NCBI GenBank assembly: GCA_035546575.1
Contig: DASZWN010000002.1
Location: 96,681-160,680, forward strand
Source of the DNA: Minisyncoccota bacterium
Lineage (GTDB): Bacteria; Patescibacteriota; Minisyncoccia; Phycocordibacterales; SBAW01
Direction: 5' to 3'
Length of the DNA stretch: 64,000 bases
Part shown: positions 57,995 to 64,000 of the stretch, piece by piece
Position numbering within the stretch: position 1 is the first letter of the stretch
Layout of the letters: each line of letters begins with the position of its first letter
The notes under the pieces: model-generated
The model's database searches: none
What the model was told of the DNA's origin: nothing
The model's input: only the letters and a program-made list of their open reading frames with translations
Position numbers and translations under genes: made by a program

Positions 57995-58206
57995 TGATAC
58001 CAACCTTTAATTTTGCCTGCTCCCTACCTTGCGCCAGCCTCTTAAAAATTCTTGTTGGAAGAATTTTTGGTCCATTCTTTTCTCCCTACTTACTTCTTTC
58101 AACCCCTCCCCTGAATTTTTACTTTTTTAGCGGGGGAGCAGGTCGGGCTTTTGGGCAGATAAGTTGTGGAGTATCTCCTACCCTATCCGGTGCTACAATC
58201 TTAGGT

Positions 58207-58512
58207 ATGAACAACCATTTTATTTCATTTGTCAGGATTTTATATACTTCAGTGTTGGTTCTGTTTGGGTTGGCCTTAGTTCCGTATTACGTTGTGATGA
58301 TTTCTGCATCACAGAACGGCCACGGTTCTTTTAGTTTTCTTTCGACGCAGGGCATAGTTCCTGCATTGTTATTCGGATTGCTGCTTGTATCTAGGATTAT
58401 GTATGCACGTTCTCCTAAATGGCTTTTGCTGGGATCGCCAACCATTTTGGCGATAGTTGGTGTCATCGGGTACTTGGTATACGCCGAACTCTTTTTGATA
58501 CCAAGTTTTTAA
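58207..58512 (+). CDS. small membrane protein, hypothetical
   Basis: 101 aa from MNNHFISF with three predicted TM helices; low GC. Confidence 0.35.
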   Translation: MNNHFISFVRILYTSVLVLFGLALVPYYVVMISASQNGHGSFSFLSTQGIVPALLFGLLLVSRIMYARSPKWLLLGSPTILAIVGVIGYLVYAELFLIPSF

Positions 58513-58560
58513 GAAGTCAAAATAATTTCACCCCATCGCATTGTGCGACCTCTGTTCTCA

Positions 58561-58601
58561 TAATTCTATTTGTGCGACGCTTATGCTTAAGCAACGGACG
58601 G
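58561..58601 (+). repeat. imperfect direct repeat B (TGTGCGACG...GCAACGGACGGCTCGCCTGC)
   Basis: About 70% identical to repeat A; a third TTGTGCGAC at 58531. Confidence 0.4.
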
Positions 58602-58623
58602 CTCGCCTGCTACAATCAGATAC

Positions 58624-59271
58624 ATGTACCGGGATCAGATCCGTGCCCTTCTCTCCCCCGCGGAGCGCTCGGTTTTTACAAAACTATCGACCCCGAATTT
58701 AATTCAAGATTATATAGAAGCACTCCCCCAGAATTTTTCTTATTTGGCGGGGGAGACCCACCGAAGTCCACGTCGGATTTTGAGAAATAAAGCATCTAAA
58801 AAGGCCTACTGTTTTGAGGGGGCGATATTGGCTGCTGCACTACTCGCCTATCATGGCCACAAGCCATTGCTGATGGACCTGCAGACAGCCGATGACGATG
58901 AGGATCACGTTGTAGCGCTTTTTCAGGAAAATAATTTGTGGGGCGCAATCAGCCAGACCAACCATCCGGTCTTGCGCTGGCGCGACCCGGTGTACAAAAC
59001 CGTGCGCGAGCTTGCCATGAGTTACTTCCACGAATACTTTTTGCCGCAGAATGGCAAGAAGACGCTCTATGCGTACTCGGCACCATTTGACCTCTCAAAA
59101 TATAAACCCGCAGATTGGGTTACTATAGAAAAAAGCCTCGATTGGTTGGCCGAAGCCTTAGACGACTCCCGTCACTTCCCCATTGCGCCAAAAAATATCT
59201 TGCGCCAAGCACGCAAAGCAACGATACTTGAAAGAAAAGCATCCAAACTCCAACAATGGAAAAAGAAGTAA
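58624..59271 (+). CDS. transglutaminase-like (papain-fold Cys protease-like) domain protein, hypothetical
   Basis: KKAYCFEGAILAAALLAYHGHKP resembles the G-x-C-x-x-F-A...ALLRALGIPAR core; His and Asp follow about 45 and 60 aa later. Confidence 0.35.
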   Translation: MYRDQIRALLSPAERSVFTKLSTPNLIQDYIEALPQNFSYLAGETHRSPRRILRNKASKKAYCFEGAILAAALLAYHGHKPLLMDLQTADDDEDHVVALFQENNLWGAISQTNHPVLRWRDPVYKTVRELAMSYFHEYFLPQNGKKTLYAYSAPFDLSKYKPADWVTIEKSLDWLAEALDDSRHFPIAPKNILRQARKATILERKASKLQQWKKK

Positions 59272-59311
59272 AAGAAAAAGCCAGTCTTTGGGTGACTGGC
59301 AAACCCTTGTC

Positions 59312-59917
59312 TCACATATGAACCTTGTAAATAGCCGGACGCATCGGCATATGGGGACCTTCGCCCGCTCGCGAAAATTGCGGATGAGAAGGTTTGGAGC
59401 TCTTCTCAAAAGACCGCCACTCCTTGAGCGGAATGCGCCTGAGATGGAGCTGGCCGCGAATGACTGTGATCTGGCAGCGTTGTGGCAAAGCCACGATACA
59501 CTGCCGTGTCCCCTCGGGGTTCCAACCTTTCCTCGGAATTGTCACTTCGAGAAATGCGACATTCTTGTTGGCGTCGGTGACGAGGAACTTCCCGTGCTTG
59601 TTGAAGCGAATATATTCCCCCTGCTTCAGCCTCCACGGAGGATTGTGCCCGCTAATGCGCAAATGCACTACCCCGTGGATAAGCATCAGAGTGGGGAAAG
59701 AACCGCTCGGCGGATTGCCAATCACTTTCATTCCCCCGCCCCGATTTGGCAGAACTTGTATCCTCCGGACCGGCTGTTTGCAGACCGGTGAGGCGCGTTT
59801 GTGGTCGCGGGCAATGAGGTCGACGACTGACATAACATCAGCGGTCGTCTCAAAACTTACATGACCAGTTTTCCCGCATTTCTTGCAGCTCCATTGCTGC
59901 ACCTTTCTCTCGGGCAT
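59312..59917 (-). CDS. hypothetical protein with N-terminal zinc ribbon
   Basis: CKKCGKTGH...C...C at the N-terminus; remainder unassigned. Confidence 0.35.
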   Translation of the reverse strand: MPERKVQQWSCKKCGKTGHVSFETTADVMSVVDLIARDHKRASPVCKQPVRRIQVLPNRGGGMKVIGNPPSGSFPTLMLIHGVVHLRISGHNPPWRLKQGEYIRFNKHGKFLVTDANKNVAFLEVTIPRKGWNPEGTRQCIVALPQRCQITVIRGQLHLRRIPLKEWRSFEKSSKPSHPQFSRAGEGPHMPMRPAIYKVHM

Positions 59918-59986
59918 TAGACTCCTCCTGCCTTGTGTTGAACCAGGCGATACTATACAACAAGAAGGCTAATTTAGGAAGCCTCT

Positions 59987-60760
59987 TTAATTCTTCATTC
60001 CGATTCCCTTTTTAAAGAGATATACGGCTACAACGCCAAAACCAATGGTAAAGAGGATCAGCACGCCAAAGCATGTGGCGAGCGGCACATCGGATACTCC
60101 GAGGAATCCGTAGCGGAACGCATTGACCATGTAGAGGATCGGGTTAAAAAGCGAGACCTTCTGCCAAAACTCAGGGAATTGGGAGATCGAGTAAAAAATG
60201 CCGCCCAGGTACGTAAGAGGTGTAAGCACGAAGGTAGGCACAATTGAGATGCCGTCAAAGCCTTTGGCATAAATACCGTTGATGAGCCCGCCAAAAGAGA
60301 ACACCAGCGAAGTGAGTATAATCGCTGCCACAACCACCAGCGCGTTAAAGATAACGAGATGCGTAAAGAAGAGCGATACCGCAAGCACGAACACGCCGAC
60401 AATCAGCCCGCGCAATACTCCCCCGCTCACAAACCCCGCTATCACTACCCAGTCGGGCATCGGCGACACCAAGATCTCGTCGATAGTGCGCGTCCACTTA
60501 GCAAAGTAGAATGTTGAGACTGTGTTGCTGTAGGAGCTCGTGATCACCGCCATCATGATAAGACCCGGCACAATAAACTGTATGTACGAAAAGCCATGTA
60601 TGGGGGCCAGCTGCGAGCCGATAAACGTGCCAAAGACAATAAAGTAGAGCGAGGTAGTAACCACCGGCGGCAAAATTGTCTGCGCCCAGATGCGGAAAAT
60701 ACGCACCGTCTCGCGGCGCATCATAGTGTAGTAGCCTGTCCAGATTTTATACGGGGTCAT
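59987..60760 (-). CDS. ABC-2 type transporter permease
   Basis: Six TM helices and the ABC-2 signature. Start set to the internal Met overlapping the ATPase stop; the longer track ORF (GTG start) runs through the ATPase C-terminus in another frame. Confidence 0.7.
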   Translation of the reverse strand: MTPYKIWTGYYTMMRRETVRIFRIWAQTILPPVVTTSLYFIVFGTFIGSQLAPIHGFSYIQFIVPGLIMMAVITSSYSNTVSTFYFAKWTRTIDEILVSPMPDWVVIAGFVSGGVLRGLIVGVFVLAVSLFFTHLVIFNALVVVAAIILTSLVFSFGGLINGIYAKGFDGISIVPTFVLTPLTYLGGIFYSISQFPEFWQKVSLFNPILYMVNAFRYGFLGVSDVPLATCFGVLILFTIGFGVVAVYLFKKGIGMKN

Positions 60761-61497
60761 ACAGTTTTTGTGTCGCCAATGAGCGAAAGATAAATGTCTT
60801 CGAGCTTTTGGTCGCCGTGGCGCTTTATAAGCGAGTCCATCGTCTCGTTGGCAACGATCTCGCCCTTGTTTATGACCGCTACCGTCCGGCACAGCTGCTC
60901 GGCCTCCTCAAGATAGTGCGTGGTCAAGATAATCGTTGTTCCCTCTTTGTTGATGCGGCGCAAAAACTCCCACATACTTCGGCGCAGCTCGACGTCGACT
61001 CCCGCGGTCGGCTCATCGAGTATGAGTAAGCGCGGCTTGTGAATAAGCGCGCGGGCGATCATGAGGCGGCGCTTCATACCACCCGAGAGCTTTTGTGAGG
61101 CCTCGTTGCGCTTTTCCCACAACCCCAGGTCTTTGAGTACCGACTCGGCGCGCTTGAGCGCCTCTTCGCGCGGGATCCCGTAAAAGCCGGCCTGGTCGAC
61201 CACAATATTGATCACCTTTTCAAAAATATTGAGGTTGAACTCTTGCGGCACGAGCCCGATGTTTACCTTTGCGGCCACAGCCTCGCGATCCACCGGGTGG
61301 CCAAATATCTCAACCTCGCCCTCGCTCTTTACCACGAGTCCGGAGAGTATGCCTATGATAGTGGTCTTCCCTGCCCCGTTGGGGCCCAAGAGCGCAAAAA
61401 AATCCCCCTCCGCAATTGAGAGATTAGCTCCTTTAAGCGCGGTCACGCCGCCTTTGTAGGTCTTTTTGAGGTTATGAACGGAAACTGCCGGGGTCAT
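60757..61497 (-). CDS. ABC transporter ATP-binding protein
   Basis: Walker A GPNGAGKTT, signature LSGGMKRRL, Walker B LLILDEPT. Confidence 0.85.
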   Translation of the reverse strand: MTPAVSVHNLKKTYKGGVTALKGANLSIAEGDFFALLGPNGAGKTTIIGILSGLVVKSEGEVEIFGHPVDREAVAAKVNIGLVPQEFNLNIFEKVINIVVDQAGFYGIPREEALKRAESVLKDLGLWEKRNEASQKLSGGMKRRLMIARALIHKPRLLILDEPTAGVDVELRRSMWEFLRRINKEGTTIILTTHYLEEAEQLCRTVAVINKGEIVANETMDSLIKRHGDQKLEDIYLSLIGDTKTV

Positions 61498-61537
61498 TAA
61501 CCCCGGCAGTATACCATGAACGGTAAAAATCTGGAGA

Positions 61538-61756
61538 CTACATCTTTGGCATGCCCTTGGTCATTGCGAGCATCCAAACGGTTGCGAGGCCTACAAGCAA
61601 GTAGACTGCGCCCTCGATAGTGGTGCCGAGAGAACCAATGAGCATATGGACGACATTCCAGTCTGCCCCGCCCATAAGCCAACCGAGGCCAACGAGACCC
61701 CAGTTAAGACCTCCTATTACGACCAGCCAGTAGCCGATCATTGCAATTGCTTTCAT
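61538..61756 (-). CDS. DUF378 family small membrane protein
   Basis: IGGLNWGLVGL motif. Confidence 0.5.
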   Translation of the reverse strand: MKAIAMIGYWLVVIGGLNWGLVGLGWLMGGADWNVVHMLIGSLGTTIEGAVYLLVGLATVWMLAMTKGMPKM

Positions 61757-61877
61757 AGTATGAAGAAAATTATGTATGTACGGTATTAGCGGCTCGACCG
61801 CCCGCACCTATAGTATGAGCCCTTCAGGAAGGTTTAAAAGCCCACCCTGTTGATAAGAAATTAGAGTCCGGGTGGCC

Positions 61878-63149
61878 CTAAAGGGTTGGGAGATAGGAAA
61901 GTGGGTTAAGGTAGGCGTTGAGCGGCACGATAGGGATAAACGCGCTCTGGCCGCTGTTGCAAGTGTATTGCTTAAAGGTAACCGCGCTCGCCACATACAC
62001 CGTCAGGTGCAGGTGCGGGCCGGTAGCGTAGCCGGTATCACCCGAGTAGCCGAGCAGATCCCCTGTTGAGACCTGCTGTCCCTTAGTTACCGAAATGCTC
62101 GAGAGGTGCGCGTAAAGCGTTGAAAGACCGTTGGCATGGCGTACCAGCACCCACTTGCCGTATTGGCAATATTTGACTGCGCCTTGATTGATCTCCTGTA
62201 CGGTGCCGTCGAGTGCAGCTTTAACCGGAGTGCCTATCGAGGCGCGGAAGTCGACGCCGTTATGCCCTTGCCCGCTGTATGCGCCCGACTTAGCAAACTC
62301 GGTATTACCAAAGTATTGCGTGATAGCGATGTTATCAAGCGGCCAATGCAGTATGCCGGGCAAGGGCGCAGGTGCGCTGCCGATATCTGCCGGCCCGAGC
62401 CCTTGGGCGAGCTTGATAAGCGCCGCTTCAAAGCTCGCTTGCTCCGCCTGCTTTTGCGCGATGAGCGTTTGATACGCACTCTCTTTATTTTTGGTCTGTT
62501 CTAGCAGGGTGCTCTGCTGCGTTTTAGCAATGGTAAGGCCCTGCTTCTGCTGTCCAAGATTGCTGTTGAGGTTGCTCAGCTCTTTGCGTTTGTCCTCGGC
62601 CGAAAGCTTGTCTGACTCGAGGTCAGTTTTGAGGCCTGAAAGTATATGAATATGATTTTGGAGGTCAGCACGCACCGACTCCAGGCTCGCCTCCTCGTCA
62701 AAAAACGAGGAGAGCGTTCCTCCTGCAAGTAAGGTAATGAGCGAGGGGCGCATATCGAGCGCCTCTAGCTGCCGCAGCGAGTTTGCAACCTGGCTTTGCG
62801 ATACATCGATCTTTTCGGAAGTGTCGGAGATGTTTTCTGCAAGCGTGCTTATCTCGGTGTCTTTTTGTTTTATCTGCGTTTGGGTAAGCGTAATACTTTT
62901 CTGCAGCTTTTGGATATTGAGGTTGAGTGCGGTAATCGCATTCTGTAGCGTCTGCTTTTGCGCCGTCGTTGCGTTAAGGTCTTTTTGGAGCGCGGCAATC
63001 TGGTCTTTAAGCTGCGCTATTTGCGCATTATTGGCGTCTATTTGCGCCTGGATATCGTCTTTAGTGTCAGCATGCGCATAGAGGCTAACTCCTGTTATAG
63101 CGAGCACAAAAAAGCTCGCCACTATAAGCCTACGTACATGCCGCATCAT
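61878..63149 (-). CDS. M23 family metallopeptidase with N-terminal coiled coil (EnvC-like murein hydrolase activator/peptidase)
   Basis: Signal/TM, about 200 aa of Q/L-rich coiled coil, M23 core HxGVDF...GDTGYATGPHLH. Confidence 0.75.
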   Translation of the reverse strand: MMRHVRRLIVASFFVLAITGVSLYAHADTKDDIQAQIDANNAQIAQLKDQIAALQKDLNATTAQKQTLQNAITALNLNIQKLQKSITLTQTQIKQKDTEISTLAENISDTSEKIDVSQSQVANSLRQLEALDMRPSLITLLAGGTLSSFFDEEASLESVRADLQNHIHILSGLKTDLESDKLSAEDKRKELSNLNSNLGQQKQGLTIAKTQQSTLLEQTKNKESAYQTLIAQKQAEQASFEAALIKLAQGLGPADIGSAPAPLPGILHWPLDNIAITQYFGNTEFAKSGAYSGQGHNGVDFRASIGTPVKAALDGTVQEINQGAVKYCQYGKWVLVRHANGLSTLYAHLSSISVTKGQQVSTGDLLGYSGDTGYATGPHLHLTVYVASAVTFKQYTCNSGQSAFIPIVPLNAYLNPLSYLPTL

Positions 63150-63150
63150 G

Positions 63151-64000
63151 TTATTTTATCACAGAGAGAGCCTTGTTGAGCCGCTCCAGCGTGGTTTTTT
63201 TACCCAACAGGCCTGCAAGTGTAAACGGATCAGGAGACTTTTCCTTACCGGAGAGCGCTATGCGCATAGGCCAAAGCACCGAGGCGCGGCCGACCTCGGT
63301 CGCGTATGGGAACACCACTTCTTTTACCGCTTCTGAGGTGAAGCCTTCATCAGAAACGCCCGAGAGCAGCTCAACAGCTTTTGTCAGATAATTTTGTACA
63401 TCGGCGGCCTCGGCTTTAGCCCCTTTAAGCAAAAGGTCTTTGTCGTACATCGGCTCGCCGGAAAGGAAATCAAATTCAGTCTTAAGTATCTGTGCCGCTT
63501 GGCCCAAAGTCTGCGCACGCTCTTTTACCAGGGGCACAAGTGCAGGCTCTACCTCTTGTTGTATAAAGTCTTTCAATCGCTTTGCAAACGCTTCCTCGGA
63601 GAGTTTTTTAATATGCTCATGGTTAACCCAAAGCAATTTCTGCTCATCAAACTTTGCGCCGCTTTTTTGCACGCGCTCGATCGAGAATGCCTGCACCAAC
63701 TCCTCGCGCGAGAATATCTCCTGCTCCCCTTCCGGGTGCCAGCCGAGGAGCGCCAGAAAGTTGACCATCGCCTCGGGCAAGTAGCCCTCGGCACGATATT
63801 CAAGCAGGTCCTTGGCGCCATCGCGCTTGCTGAGCTTTTTGTTGCCGTCGGGGCCCAAAATAACCGGCATGGTGGCAAACTGCGGCGGCACGGCCTCCAG
63901 CGCCTCATACAGCGAGAGGAATTTTGGGGTTGAGGAGATAAACTCTTCGCCGCGCATTACATGCGTCACACCCATCTCGATGTCATCGACAATATGCGCA
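63151..64000 (-). CDS. gltX: glutamyl-tRNA synthetase, C-terminal two-thirds (N-terminus beyond the right edge)
   Basis: VTHVMRGEEF and KLSKR (KMSKS), then the GluRS anticodon-binding helical domain. The ORF is open to the window end. Confidence 0.8.
   Translation of the reverse strand, partial: AHIVDDIEMGVTHVMRGEEFISSTPKFLSLYEALEAVPPQFATMPVILGPDGNKKLSKRDGAKDLLEYRAEGYLPEAMVNFLALLGWHPEGEQEIFSREELVQAFSIERVQKSGAKFDEQKLLWVNHEHIKKLSEEAFAKRLKDFIQQEVEPALVPLVKERAQTLGQAAQILKTEFDFLSGEPMYDKDLLLKGAKAEAADVQNYLTKAVELLSGVSDEGFTSEAVKEVVFPYATEVGRASVLWPMRIALSGKEKSPDPFTLAGLLGKKTTLERLNKALSVIK

Noticed and set aside
60757-61497. Calling the ABC ATPase/permease FtsE/FtsX because of the adjacent EnvC-like M23 peptidase
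   Set aside because: The permease has six TM helices and ABC-2 features rather than the four-TM, large-loop FtsX architecture.
1-64000. CRISPR arrays, IS elements, transposases, integrases, prophage structural genes
   Set aside because: No regularly spaced direct repeats and no transposase- or integrase-like ORFs seen on either strand. The tRNA-adjacent accessory regions lack recombinase genes.

Overview
This is a high-GC (roughly 55-60%) bacterial chromosomal window with dense coding on both strands. Housekeeping content dominates: def-fmt, murA, mreB, frr-rseP, proS fused to a second mreB-mreCD-pbp2 cluster, greA, a class I lysyl-tRNA synthetase, the mraZ-rsmH-ftsL-ftsI-murF division/cell-wall cluster, rarA, rmuC, rplU, recR, dnaB, cysS, corA, ctpA, rplI, rpmA, and the start of gltX at the right edge. 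The left edge carries a glycan-utilisation cluster: three GH130 mannoside-phosphorylase modules, a cupin, a GT2 glycosyltransferase, DedA and UppP. Three tRNAs were found by eye (Asn-GUU, Glu-CUC, Pro-GGG), each followed by accessory-looking DNA. No CRISPR array, transposase or integrase was recognised. The most notable calls are: a eukaryote-like SET-domain protein and a SWIB/MDM2-domain protein within 2 kb of each other; a 20-bp perfect palindrome (CCTGCCTACCGGTAGGCAGG) present in six copies; two copies of a long-stem hairpin element flanking recR; a tmRNA-like structured RNA candidate downstream of rseP; a TrpR-like regulator bracketed by two identical 16-bp palindromes; a lower-GC patch of hypothetical genes (42.5-44.4 kb); and an AT-rich islet (57.2-58.6 kb) with a HEPN-like protein flanked by direct repeats. 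Hand-counted coordinates for non-CDS features may be off by 1-2 nt.
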